Assembly (NCBI GenBank): GCA_963847705.1
Contig: CAWKBC010000021.1
Coordinates: 96,001 to 160,000, forward strand
Origin: an uncultured Pseudomonadota bacterium
GTDB lineage: Bacteria > Myxococcota_A > Polyangia > Fen-1088
Length of the DNA: 64,000 bases
Direction: 5' to 3'
The notes under the pieces were generated by a model that was not told the origin of the DNA, did no database searches, and saw nothing but the letters and a program-made list of their open reading frames with translations. The position numbers were made by a program, and so were the translations under genes. Shown one piece after another: positions 30,359-39,800 of this stretch. How positions within the stretch are numbered: position 1 is the stretch's first letter; the number at the start of each line of letters is the position of its first letter.

Positions 30359-30810
30359 GAGGGCACCGGCGCGGACGCGGACGCGGACGCTCCGGCGATC
30401 GTCCGGGAGATCGCCTCGCGGCGACGGCGCCCGGTGACCGGTGGCTCGAAGTCGTCGCCCAGTTCCTTTCGGAGATGGTGCCGGATGCGGGTCTTGAGGC
30501 GCTGCTCGACCTGGCGCGTGCGCTCGCGGGTCACGCCGAACCAGAACCTCATGCCACGGGTCGGAGCGTAGCTCGCGAGCGCCGGGAGGAGGCCGCGGTT
30601 TCCCTCTTGAATCATGTCACGCGGATCGTTGTCGCTGCGGCCGTGGTGACGGGCCAGCGCCGCCACCATCCGCATGTTCGCGACGATCAGGCGCTCGGCC
30701 AGGAGTGGGTCCCCGGTCTTCACATCCTCGACCGCGCAGCGGTGCTCCTCCTCGCGCGACATCGGCACGCAGCGCCGCAGATCGAAATGGTTGTCTGACG
30801 TGACGCGCAT
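30355..30810 (-). pseudogene. Copy 2 of the RpoH-like sigma with in-frame deletion (region 2.3 joined to the end of region 4.2)
   Basis: HFDLRRCVPMSREEEHRC..QEGNRGLL..PTRGMRF|WFGVTRERTRQVE versus 16877..17815; junction ~30541. Confidence 0.85.
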
Positions 30811-30822
30811 CTGGCCGCCCGA

Positions 30823-30887
30823 TCCATAGCTCGGCCGCGGCCTCCGTCCTGTCCGGAGGCGCCCCCGCCCCATGTAGGGGTTTCCCC
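30823..30887 (-). promoter_or_regulatory. Box promoter: GGGGAAACCCCTAC-N17-CCGGACA-N21-TATGGA
   Basis: Paralogous to the promoter at 17835-17899. Confidence 0.75.
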
Positions 30888-30927
30888 GGGATCGTGGGGC
30901 GCTCTTGTTACGGGCGTGTTTCGGCTC

Positions 30928-31026
30928 TCACGGTGCGAGCGGGCCGCGGACAGCTTCGAGCTGCGCGACGAGCTCGATCTCGTCGCCGACCACCAGGCCG
31001 CCGACATCGAGGTCTTGATTCCAGCG
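30928..31026 (-). pseudogene. C-terminal fragment of a YceI protein
   Basis: WNQDLDVGGLVVGDEIELVAQLEAVR resembles the YceI terminal WNxxLExGGVLVGDEV motif. Confidence 0.65.
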
Positions 31027-31157
31027 CGTGTCCGAATCATGTGCAGCGCCGATGGCGCGCGTAAGTCCTCGGGTGCCGTTAAAAAGAAGTGGAGGGCCGT
31101 TGAGCGCGCTGCGAGAGGCGCCGACAGGGGTCCCCAACCGTCCTTGCGTCGCGGGGG

Positions 31158-31222
31158 CGGGAAAACCTTACGGATCACCCGGGTGATCCTGCGTGGCCGC
31201 GGCCGGCGCCGGTCGATATCTT
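31158..31222 (+). promoter_or_regulatory. Box promoter: CGGGAAAACCTTAC-N45-TATCTT
   Basis: Upstream of the 31283 ORF; canonical TAnnnT -10. Confidence 0.7.
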
Positions 31223-31282
31223 GCTCGCGCGCCAGAGCGCCGTCTCGCCGTCTCTCGCTGGCTGGTGCAGATGGGTTCGAAA

Positions 31283-31621
31283 ATGAAGTCATTGAGCCAA
31301 GCCCCGTTCGACCTCGCAATGGACTCGCCGACGCTGAGCGACACGCCAATGCCGCTTTCAGAGCGGGTCGGAATAGCCAGGGAATTGCTGCTCAGTCTCA
31401 TCGACGCGACCCGCTCGGGTCAGCGCCCTGTCATGTGCCGCGTCCTGGACATCCTCCAGGGCGACATCCTCCGGCCGACTGTGCGCCTGACCCAGCCGGA
31501 GGTTGCAGCGGTCATGGCCGCCGTAACGGAGCTCCAGCACGAGGCAGCGCGCGCCGCGCCTGACATCGCTCTGTTCTGCGCTCGCGCCAGGGTGGTGATC
31601 GACATCCTCTCGAGCACCTGA
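31283..31621 (+). CDS. Hypothetical helical protein
   Basis: Open frame with amphipathic helices, downstream of a box promoter; start uncertain. Confidence 0.55.
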   Translation: MKSLSQAPFDLAMDSPTLSDTPMPLSERVGIARELLLSLIDATRSGQRPVMCRVLDILQGDILRPTVRLTQPEVAAVMAAVTELQHEAARAAPDIALFCARARVVIDILSST

Positions 31622-31801
31622 GCGCTGCGCTCTGTGCGTCCGGGCGGTACGGTGTCCAGCCTCGGCGTCTAGTCCGGTCTTCTGACCCTGCCGGTCGACG
31701 CCTTCGCGGCCGGCCTCGGCGATCACAAGATCGTCACCTCGCTCTGCCCCGGCGGAGGGGAACGAATGCGGCGTCTCATGAGCATCGTGGCGGCCAAACG
31801 A
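31622..31801 (+). pseudogene. Fragment of a Zn-dependent alcohol dehydrogenase
   Basis: ALRSVRPGGTVSSLGV*SGLLTLPVDAFAAGLGDHKIVTSLCPGGGERMRRLM; in-frame TAG at 31670 where Tyr is expected. Confidence 0.75.
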
Positions 31802-31827
31802 CGGCGTCAGCGCGGTATCGTCCGAGG

Positions 31828-32304
31828 ATGGCGATGAAACACGTCCGCAGTGAGTATCGCGTTCGCGAGAACCGCAAGGTCACGCTCAAGAGGTGGCCGA
31901 CACGGGTCAAGCTCCTCTACCGATCGAAGGCCCACTACCGCAGCCTTCTCGCCGAACAGGTCGAGCAACTGAGCACGCTGCAGCGCCTGCTGTACGCCTC
32001 CAACCGGTTCGCGCTCCTCGTGATCTCTCAGGCCATGGACGCCGCCGGGAAGGACGGCGCGATTCGACACGTCATGTCGGGCGTCAACCCGCAATACCGG
32101 AAGGCCTACGAGGAGTGTCTGGGCGCCACCAGCACCGCTGCCTCTCCCTGGTACGTCGTCCCCGCCGACGACAAGGAAAACGCGCGGCTCATCGTCTCGC
32201 GCATCATCGTCGACACGATGGCCGCGCTCGGCATGAGCTATCCGACACTGTCGGACGCACGCCTTCGTGAGTTGCAATCCATTCGGAAAGCGTTGCTCGG
32301 GTAG
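31828..32304 (+). pseudogene. Polyphosphate kinase 2 family gene with large in-frame internal deletion
   Basis: QAMDAAGKDGAIRHVMSGVNPQ is joined directly to YRKAYEECLGATSTAASPWYVVPADDK; Walker B and lid regions missing. Confidence 0.85.
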
Positions 32305-32415
32305 ACACACGCGAGCCCGAGGTTGATGGACCCGAAACAATGACGCCCCGTTGAGCGCCGTGAGGCTCGCGATGTCGTGGCGAGCCGCAACGATCGAGGC
32401 GCGCTCGACGCAGTC

Positions 32416-32480
32416 AGGGAAACCACTACATGGCGGGCGGGCACCTCCGGACAGGACCACCGTGGTGCCGGAGCTATGAC
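32416..32480 (+). promoter_or_regulatory. Box promoter: AGGGAAACCACTAC-N17-CCGGACA-N21-TATGAC
   Basis: Paralogous to the sigma promoters. Confidence 0.75.
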
Positions 32481-32529
32481 TCTGGGCGAGCACCATGGAC
32501 CTCGAGCTCGATCCCTCCCAGGTGGCGTC

Positions 32530-32949
32530 ATGAGCGTCCGGGTCTTTGTCACGAACGACCACGAGATCCTGCGCGGCGCCCTGCGGGCGGTGATCGACAT
32601 GCAGACGGACATGGAAGTGGTTGGTGAAGCAGCCACAGGACCAGACGCCGAGCTCGGAATCAAAGGGACCGACCCGGACGTCGTGCTGATGGACATCGGC
32701 ATGGCCGACGGCCGAACGCTGGAGGCCATTGCCGCGGTGAAACGAATTCGTTCCGGGACCGGGATTGTCGTCCTCACGTTCCACGAGGAGCTGGGATACA
32801 TCCGCGCGGCGGGGCCGCGGCGCGCCGAGGGATATGTCGTCAAGAGAGCGATGAATACCGAGCTCCTGACGGCGATCCGAGCGGTCGCCAGGGGACGGAC
32901 CCTCGTGGACGCCCGCGAGAGCTCAGGCGCCATGGCCAAGATGGCATGA
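32530..32949 (+). pseudogene. Copy 3 of the NarL regulator, receiver domain only (HTH lost)
   Basis: MSVRVFVTNDHEILRGALR..VLMDIGM..ELLTAIRAVARGRTLVDA then stop. Confidence 0.8.
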
Positions 32950-33040
32950 AGGCCAAGGCGAACGAGTAGACCTCAGTGGCGGTGGCACAGGGTCGCGATC
33001 CGGCCGTAAGCCCCTCGGCGGGCGACCTCTGAAGGATCTC

Positions 33041-33212
33041 CTAAAGGGGGGCCCTCGGGGGGCGGCCGACGCGGTGGACCTGGATGAAGTGCACCAGCAG
33101 GCTCACCCCCGCGCCAAACACCAGGGGTGTGGATCGCGATCGTGGACACATGCAGGACGAAGAACGCCAGTATCCAGCCCATGGCGAGAAAGGCGGCCAG
33201 TGCGATCAGCAT
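33041..33212 (-). pseudogene. DUF5670-like small membrane protein, +1 frameshift in a C run
   Basis: RBS AAGGAGG; MLIALAAFLAMGWILAFFVLHVSTIAIHT then shifted LVFGAGVSLLVHFIQ to TAG at 33043-33041. Confidence 0.6.
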
Positions 33213-33303
33213 CAGGGATCCTCCTTAGGTCTGAGGTAAGCACCGAACGCCTCTGCTGCAAGCGTCCTGGACGCTCCGCGCGCTGCCGGTGGTCCCGCGA
33301 CGG

Positions 33304-33573
33304 TCACAGCCTCCGTGGGCTGCCACGCCTGACCAGCCTCAGCACCAGCAGCAGGACGACCGCACCCACGAAGGCGACGAAGATGGTCGCCACCACGCCG
33401 CGAAACGGCGTTCCGATGTGCGCCGTGCGGAAAATCAGTCCGCCCAGGAACGAGCCGACGATGCCGATGACGATGTCGCCGCCCAGGCCCAGGCCGCCGC
33501 CCACGACCGCCGACGCCAGCCAACCCGCGATGAGACCGACAACCAACCAGATCAGAAAAGTTTCCGCGCTCAT
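33304..33573 (-). CDS. GlsB/YeaQ/YmgE stress membrane protein
   Basis: WLVVGLIAGWLA..GDIVIGIVGSFLGG..AFVGAVVLL. Confidence 0.9.
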   Translation of the reverse strand: MSAETFLIWLVVGLIAGWLASAVVGGGLGLGGDIVIGIVGSFLGGLIFRTAHIGTPFRGVVATIFVAFVGAVVLLLVLRLVRRGSPRRL

Positions 33574-33799
33574 GATTTTCCTCCGAACGCCTAGAGTGGG
33601 TACGAACTGGCTCTGGACAAAATCGTCTCGGCACAAGTGGGTCCGCTCGGTTCTCGCTTTGTCCAACGAACGCGCTCTCTTATGGCGGGCTGAAGGATTG
33701 TGTTTTATTTTGCGAATCCAGCTCGTTCAACGGGCATGACCGGACCCTGCGCCGGATCGTTCGCCCGCTCTCGAGCAAGCCAGCCTTATCTTCCAGCCC

Positions 33800-34162
33800 A
33801 TGCAGAAAGAGCGCCCCGGCTTCCACCCCGCCCGACAACGGAGCCTCGGCGCGAGGGTGGGGCTGCTGTTGCTGCTGGCCGCGGGCTGCGGCCCAAAACC
33901 CAAGGTGCCCGACTATCTCCAGGAGAAGCTGAACGAGGGGGCGTTCGTCCAGGCGAAGGTCGACCTCCTGATAGCCAAGGCGGACCTCGAGGCGATTGAA
34001 AACGACCAATATCGCCTCGACAGCGCCCAAAAGGGTTGGGAGCAGGCGAACAAGGCGAAGGATTCGGTCGAGGCCGATCGTCTCTTCAAAGAGATGGACG
34101 AGTTCGGCAAAGACATGGACAAGGACATCGACCGGGCCGCGCGGCATCGCCGCGGTCTCTAG
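33800..34162 (+). CDS. Hypothetical lipoprotein
   Basis: Lipobox LAAGC then a charged helical domain; start uncertain. Confidence 0.6.
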   Translation: MQKERPGFHPARQRSLGARVGLLLLLAAGCGPKPKVPDYLQEKLNEGAFVQAKVDLLIAKADLEAIENDQYRLDSAQKGWEQANKAKDSVEADRLFKEMDEFGKDMDKDIDRAARHRRGL

Positions 34163-34183
34163 GGTTCGGGAGGGTGTCGGGCC

Positions 34184-35056
34184 TCAGCCGCTGGCCGCGG
34201 AGGCCCTGGCGAAAGCGAGGAGGCGCTCGCCCAGGCGTACGGGATCGTCAACGTGCGGAGAGTGACCGAAGCCGGCCGGCTCCTCGATGATCGCATGCTC
34301 GGGCAGATGGCGTCGGAAGTAGGCGAGCGCGCTCGGCGGAAGAAGTCGTTCGGACTGGCCCCACAGCAAGAGAATCGGCATCGCCAGCGCGCTCAGGCTC
34401 TCGGGCATGGGCAGGTTGTCGAGCGTCGCCGAGCGCACGACGTCGCGGACGGCAGCGCCCTTCATGATGTCCCGCAGCTCAGGTGCGACCGCGGCCAGGT
34501 ACCAGGGGGCGCGGTGGTAGAGCCGTGAGAGCAGACGTCGGGCGTCGGCGGCAGAATCGATCCTGAACGTGTCCAGGAGCTCGTCCCATTCACTGGGCGA
34601 GGTCCGGGCCCCCGCAGGGGAGATGAGGGCCAGCGCCACCAGACGCCCGGGGCGTTCCACGGCGTAGCGGAGGGCGAGGGCGCCGCCGAGGGAGCTCCCC
34701 ACCAGGATCATCGGCTGTGAGACCAGACCGTCGAGCAGCTCCGACACGGCGCCAAACAACCGCTCGGGGGTCAGGCGTCCGGAGGGGGGCTCGCTGAACC
34801 CGTGCCCCGGCAGATCGGGCGCCACCAGGCGACCTGCCTCCGGAAGCATGCGGGTGAGCAGCGGCCCGAAAGCGGTGGCGGTCGAGCCCAGCCCGTGCAG
34901 CAGGACGATCGGCGGGAGCGCGGCCGGTCCCTGGGCGTCGTACACGTGAAGCCCCCCGGCCTCTGTCGGCACCGTGAGGCTCTCGAAGCCGCGACGGTTG
35001 AGCACGAACCGGGCTCCGCGCTCGACCAGGGACAACAAACCCAACTTCCTGGCCAT
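34184..35056 (-). CDS. Alpha/beta hydrolase (lipase-like)
   Basis: LLHGLG, PDLPGHG, GSSLG nucleophile elbow, GHSPH. Confidence 0.9.
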   Translation of the reverse strand: MARKLGLLSLVERGARFVLNRRGFESLTVPTEAGGLHVYDAQGPAALPPIVLLHGLGSTATAFGPLLTRMLPEAGRLVAPDLPGHGFSEPPSGRLTPERLFGAVSELLDGLVSQPMILVGSSLGGALALRYAVERPGRLVALALISPAGARTSPSEWDELLDTFRIDSAADARRLLSRLYHRAPWYLAAVAPELRDIMKGAAVRDVVRSATLDNLPMPESLSALAMPILLLWGQSERLLPPSALAYFRRHLPEHAIIEEPAGFGHSPHVDDPVRLGERLLAFARASAASG

Positions 35057-35067
35057 GGCCCGCCCGC

Positions 35068-36405
35068 CTACCGTTCCGCTGCGGCGCCGCGACGAAGCTC
35101 GTCGATTGCGGCCTGGAAGGCCACCACCAGCTGGTCGGGCCGGTCGATCACGGCGCTGTCCGTCAGGACGCCCAATCGGATCGCCCCTGCGTAGCCAAAG
35201 AGCGTGACGCTCAGCCCGATGGTGGCTGCCGCCGGCGCCCAGATGACGACGGCGGCCAGGGGTTGTCCGGCGATGTGCAACGACATCTTGGGGCCGGCCA
35301 GGCTGCTCACGACCAGACTCGCCCGGCGCGACCCCCAGCGCATCGCCCGACGTTCGATGCCCGGGGCCACCGTGCCGGCCACCCGCATGAGACCGCTGGC
35401 GATGCGCGACTGCCCACCCGACCGCAGGACCGCCATGTCGCGCGCGATCGTGGCGAGCCGGGCGCGCGGATCGTCGACGCCGGCGGGGAGAGACAGGAAC
35501 ACCGAAGCGTAGTGGTTCCCGAGCTTGCTGGCGGATGCTTCGGACGGCGCCGCCACCGGCAGCAGCGTGTGGACCGATCGCGGGACCTGCCCATGCTCCC
35601 GCGCGTAACGATCGAGAGCTCCGGCCACGCCCGCCAGCAGCACGTCGGCCACGTGGTGTCCGTGGGCTGCGGCGATCGCTTTGATCGGGTCCAGCGGGAT
35701 CGCTTCCGACCAGGCGACGCGCTTGCGGCCACTGAGGGGACGCCGCAGCAAGCTGACCGGATCGCGTGACAGCGGGAAGAGCCGAAAGAGACCGGCGAAC
35801 CGACCAAAGAAGCGGTGCGCTCGAGCCGGCTGGGAGGATTTTCGGACCAGCGATTGTTCTTCAACCGCGCCAGAGCCTCGGCGGGAACCTTGGACGGGAC
35901 CTTCCTGGGAGCCTCGGCTGGAATCCTCGTCGGCCAGCTGTTCGAGAAGCGCGACCAGCGCCCGCCCGTCGGCGATGCAGTGGTGGATTCTCACCAGGAG
36001 CGCCGAGCCAGAGGGGAGCAGATCGACCACCTCGAAGGTCCAGGGGGATCGCCCGAGCGGGAGCGGCGCGTTGATCCGCTCACCGACCAGCGCGATCAAG
36101 GTCGCGGCGTCGACGGGGCCTGATGGATGCAGCCGGCTGACGTGCGCCTGGAGGTCGAAGGCGTCGTCGTCGCGCCACCGAGGCGCGCCAAACCGGTGCG
36201 GCGACTCCACCACGTGCTGGCGGAAGCGCCGGTGCGGGACCAGCTTGTCACGAACGAGCGCCTCGACCGCCTCCAGCGTCAGCTGCCGATCGAAGAGCAG
36301 CAGCGCGCCGATGACCATGGGGTTCGTGGGCGTCCCCATGTGCCAGCGCGCGGCGTCCCCACGCGACAGCCGCTCGGGTTTCATCGGGGTCCCTGCAACG
36401 TTCAT
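35068..36405 (-). CDS. Wax ester synthase/diacylglycerol acyltransferase (WS/DGAT)
   Basis: HHCIADG (HHxxxDG), LGNH, SSLAGP, SVTLFGYAG. Confidence 0.9.
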   Translation of the reverse strand: MNVAGTPMKPERLSRGDAARWHMGTPTNPMVIGALLLFDRQLTLEAVEALVRDKLVPHRRFRQHVVESPHRFGAPRWRDDDAFDLQAHVSRLHPSGPVDAATLIALVGERINAPLPLGRSPWTFEVVDLLPSGSALLVRIHHCIADGRALVALLEQLADEDSSRGSQEGPVQGSRRGSGAVEEQSLVRKSSQPARAHRFFGRFAGLFRLFPLSRDPVSLLRRPLSGRKRVAWSEAIPLDPIKAIAAAHGHHVADVLLAGVAGALDRYAREHGQVPRSVHTLLPVAAPSEASASKLGNHYASVFLSLPAGVDDPRARLATIARDMAVLRSGGQSRIASGLMRVAGTVAPGIERRAMRWGSRRASLVVSSLAGPKMSLHIAGQPLAAVVIWAPAAATIGLSVTLFGYAGAIRLGVLTDSAVIDRPDQLVVAFQAAIDELRRGAAAER

Positions 36406-37700
36406 TCGACCCGCACGGGATGGTCGTCGCGGCCGGAAGGAGCGCCGCTCTGACTGTGAGCGTCGGCGGGAGGTTGGCGCGGCAGGCGCATCAGGAAGGT
36501 CGTCGTGCCATCGGCGGAGTACGCGATCAGCTTGCCACCGCCGGAGCCCACGATCTGGTTTGCGATGTAGAGACCGAGACCGAGGTTGCCGGTCGCCGAC
36601 TTCTTCTGCCGCGGAGCGCGGCGGAAGGGTTCGAAGATGAACGGGAGGACATCGGCCGGAATGGGCTCTCCCTGGTTGACGATCTCGACGACGACCTCCG
36701 TGCCCTCGGGCCGCGCCTTGACCACGACACCCGTTTCCGGCGCGGCGTGCTCGGTGGCGTTCCGCGCGATGTTGGAGATGGCCTCTGCCAAGCGATCGGG
36801 GTCCCAGACACCGGTCACGTTGCCCTCGACCTCCAACCGGACGGCCGGCCCGAGCTCGTCGGCGACGCTCCGGCAGACCTCGCGCAGATCGGTCGGCTTT
36901 GGTTCGAGCGGGAACCCTCCCCCCAGGCGGGCGCGGGTGAGCTCCAGCAACTGAAAGATCATCCGCGTCGCGCGCTCGCAGGCGTTCACGATGCGCTCCG
37001 CTGCGCTGCTGTCTCGCTCGTCGAGGCCGCCGTGCAAAAGCAGCGCGTCGGCCGAGATGCGGATCGCACTGATCGGGGTCCGCAGGTCGTGCCCCAGGAC
37101 GCCAATGAACATCTCCCGGAACTCGGCCACCGCTTGCAGCCGTCGCTCGCTCGCTTCCGCGCGCTTCAACGCGGCCTCCATTTTCTCGGTCAGCTCCTGC
37201 GCCTCGATCGTCGCCCGGACCATGTGCTGGTTGGCTTCGAGGAGGTCGTCGGCGCCGCGTCGAGCGTTCTGGTAGAGGCGCGCATTTTCAAGCGCGAGAG
37301 CGCCCAGAGTGGCTTCGTTGGCCCGACGGTTGTCCTCGGCTTCCTTGCGCTCGGTCCGATCGATCCCGGTCTTGATGACGTACTCGACCTGTCCCTCCGG
37401 AGTCCTGGTGGCGGAGTGCGACCAGGCGACCCACCGTCGCTCGCCGAGCTTGGTGATCCAGTGGTTGGCGTACGGACCTGGACGGTCCGAGGTCAGCGCC
37501 GCCGCGAAGACGGTCTTGGTCGGCGCGATCTCCTCGGGCACCAGGGCGAAATCCCAGAGCGGCCGGCCGCGGACCTCTTCCACGGCGTACCCGGTGAGGT
37601 CGGAGCAGGCGCGGTTCCAGTAGACGATCCGGCCCTCGACGTCGAGCACGACGACGAGCGCACCGACCGCTTCGAAACTCTGGAAGTCCAACTCCGTCAC
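36402..37700 (-). CDS. PAS sensor histidine kinase (HisKA)
   Basis: PAS (WNRACSDLTGY), GHDLRTP, IFEPF, GLGLGLYI; GTG start with GGAGG RBS. Confidence 0.92.
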   Translation of the reverse strand: MTELDFQSFEAVGALVVVLDVEGRIVYWNRACSDLTGYAVEEVRGRPLWDFALVPEEIAPTKTVFAAALTSDRPGPYANHWITKLGERRWVAWSHSATRTPEGQVEYVIKTGIDRTERKEAEDNRRANEATLGALALENARLYQNARRGADDLLEANQHMVRATIEAQELTEKMEAALKRAEASERRLQAVAEFREMFIGVLGHDLRTPISAIRISADALLLHGGLDERDSSAAERIVNACERATRMIFQLLELTRARLGGGFPLEPKPTDLREVCRSVADELGPAVRLEVEGNVTGVWDPDRLAEAISNIARNATEHAAPETGVVVKARPEGTEVVVEIVNQGEPIPADVLPFIFEPFRRAPRQKKSATGNLGLGLYIANQIVGSGGGKLIAYSADGTTTFLMRLPRQPPADAHSQSGAPSGRDDHPVRVE

Positions 37701-37751
37701 GCTCCCTCCTCCCAAGTCCCGAAGATGCGTTCCGTTCAGGGGGCTGCCAAG

Positions 37752-39230
37752 TCAGCTTCGTCGTTTCTTCCCGGCCAGGGCCGGGGTGCCGGTGAGCAGG
37801 CCCTGATATCCCTTCAGGGCCCTGCCCACGACAATCCCCCCGTCGGACGTGATGTCATACTCTCGCAATTCCTTGCTGTGCTGGCTGGCGCGCAGCTTGA
37901 CGACCGCCATCGCGCGCCTCAGCTCTCCGTCGATCTCGATGTAGCGCTGGATGACGATGGCGTCGGTGAGAAACGCGATCCCTTGCGGGCTGAACCGGAG
38001 ATCCACGTACGAGTCGGCCAGCTCGACGGTCGCCATCACCGTGACACCGAGGCCCGTCAACGCTCCCATCATTCGGTACAACGACTCGCGGAAGTCCTCG
38101 CGGAAGGTCGGCGCCAGCGCCAGTTCGAGGCCTGAAAGCGAATCAATCACCGCGCGCTTGGCGCCCGTTCGCTTCACGGCGTCGCGGAGCTCCAGCAAGG
38201 TCTCGTCGATCGAGAGATCCAGCGGGCGCAGGTAGAGGACCTCCAGCTTCTTCTGCCGGACCAGCTTCTCGAACTGCTCCCCCCGGGGGGTCGTCTGCAG
38301 GTAGTCGTTGGGCCGCTTCTCGAACACGGCCACGATCCCGTTTTCGCCCTGGCTGATGCCCTCGACGATGAACTGATTGGAGAGCACGGTCTTGCCGGAT
38401 CCGGATGGTCCGGCGACCAGCACCGAATACCCGCGGGGGATACCGCCGGACATCAGCTTGTCGAGGCTCGGCACACCGGTCTTGAGGCGGTGTTTGAGGG
38501 GGTGGTCGGTGACGATCTCCTCCGGCTTGAGAATGCGCGGAAAGACGTTGTAGCCCGCGTCGGTGATGCGGGCCGTGTGCAGCCCGGGGATCTGCCCCTG
38601 GCCCCGCATCTTCACCACCTGCAGCTTCCGCACGACGGAGTTCCGATCGACCGCCTGGTAGAGCCAGAGGAGCCCGTCGGCCACCGTGAACACCGCGCCG
38701 TCGTTCTCGCCGTCGGCGTACTCCCCCAGGAGAAACGTCGTGGCCTGGTGGCTCGTCAGCGCCAGCGCGAGGCGCTGCATGAAGTCGGTGAGCTCCCCTT
38801 CGCCGGCTCCCGCCGAGAGGGTGGTGCGGACCATCGCCCGGAAGGAGTCGACCACGACGAGAGCCGGGCTCGAGGCCTCCAGCTCCTGCACCACCGCTTC
38901 GAGCACCTTGGCCATCCCCCCCTCGAGCGCCTGCTGCCCGAGGTGGACGAAGCGCACCGAGCCGTCGCCGATCTTCGCGGCGTCGAAGAAGTCGTACTGC
39001 TGCTGGTAGCGAAGCATCTTGATGGGCGGCTCCCCGATGACGCTGAAGTACACGGCCTTCCGCTCGGGGCTCGCGTTGGCGAACATGATCTGGTGACCGA
39101 GCGTCGTCTTGCCGCACCCCGGACCGCCCGCGAGCAAGTTGAAAGAGAACTCCGGGATTCCCCCGCCCAACACCTCGTCGAGGCCAGGCACCCCGGAGGG
39201 GAGCTTACGAATCGGAACGCGGTCCTTCAT
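37752..39230 (-). CDS. KaiC-like double-domain RecA ATPase
   Basis: Two P-loops (GGPGCGKT, GPSGSGKT), VVKMRG and VVKLRAS; KaiC ST site reads LT. Confidence 0.9.
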   Translation of the reverse strand: MKDRVPIRKLPSGVPGLDEVLGGGIPEFSFNLLAGGPGCGKTTLGHQIMFANASPERKAVYFSVIGEPPIKMLRYQQQYDFFDAAKIGDGSVRFVHLGQQALEGGMAKVLEAVVQELEASSPALVVVDSFRAMVRTTLSAGAGEGELTDFMQRLALALTSHQATTFLLGEYADGENDGAVFTVADGLLWLYQAVDRNSVVRKLQVVKMRGQGQIPGLHTARITDAGYNVFPRILKPEEIVTDHPLKHRLKTGVPSLDKLMSGGIPRGYSVLVAGPSGSGKTVLSNQFIVEGISQGENGIVAVFEKRPNDYLQTTPRGEQFEKLVRQKKLEVLYLRPLDLSIDETLLELRDAVKRTGAKRAVIDSLSGLELALAPTFREDFRESLYRMMGALTGLGVTVMATVELADSYVDLRFSPQGIAFLTDAIVIQRYIEIDGELRRAMAVVKLRASQHSKELREYDITSDGGIVVGRALKGYQGLLTGTPALAGKKRRS

Positions 39231-39667
39231 TTCTTGGTCTCCCTGGTCTCGCTGGTCTCTCGGGGCACCGTTTCCTCGATCTCCGGCCATGCACTGCGCA
39301 GCACCAGGACCGTCAACCGTTCTCCGATGAAGGTGGTCATGAGCTCGAGGAAGGTCGCAAAAAGGGTCGCTGCCGCCTCGGCGGCGATGGCGGGGGCGAG
39401 CGCCTGCAGACAGGGGCCGAGTCTGGTCAATTCTTCGGGCGAGGCGATCTCGGCGAGGATGGGGAACTCCGCCTGCGCCAGCTTCGCGCTGCGCACGAAC
39501 AGCGCCTGAACGCCGGCCAATCCCAGCAGGGGAGCCAATCGAGCGTTGAGCTTTTCGTAGACGCGCCAGGCGGCCGCCGCACACTCCTCCGAGCTGCTCC
39601 AGGGGGCGCCCTCGCTCGTCAGCAGGCGCTTCGCTTTCTCCACCTGCGCCGCGCTTGGTCTACTCAT
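39227..39667 (-). CDS. Hypothetical helical protein typically upstream of KaiC-like ATPases
   Basis: LAPLLGLAGVQALFVRS..FLELMTTFIGERLTVLVLRSAW; ATGA overlap with the ATPase. Confidence 0.75.
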   Translation of the reverse strand: MSRPSAAQVEKAKRLLTSEGAPWSSSEECAAAAWRVYEKLNARLAPLLGLAGVQALFVRSAKLAQAEFPILAEIASPEELTRLGPCLQALAPAIAAEAAATLFATFLELMTTFIGERLTVLVLRSAWPEIEETVPRETSETRETKK

Positions 39668-39800
39668 CGCGGTCGCCCGCCGCAATCATGCAGCCTTTGC
39701 GGAGCCGCGCCGGCGAAATTGAATTCCTGTCGGCGCGAGGTCAGGTTCACGGAGTGTTGTCCATCTGCGGCACGAATTGGCATTGGTTCGGATGGCAGAC

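Noticed and set aside
37752-39230. Circadian clock
   Set aside because: No kaiA or kaiB, and the phosphosite pair is incomplete.
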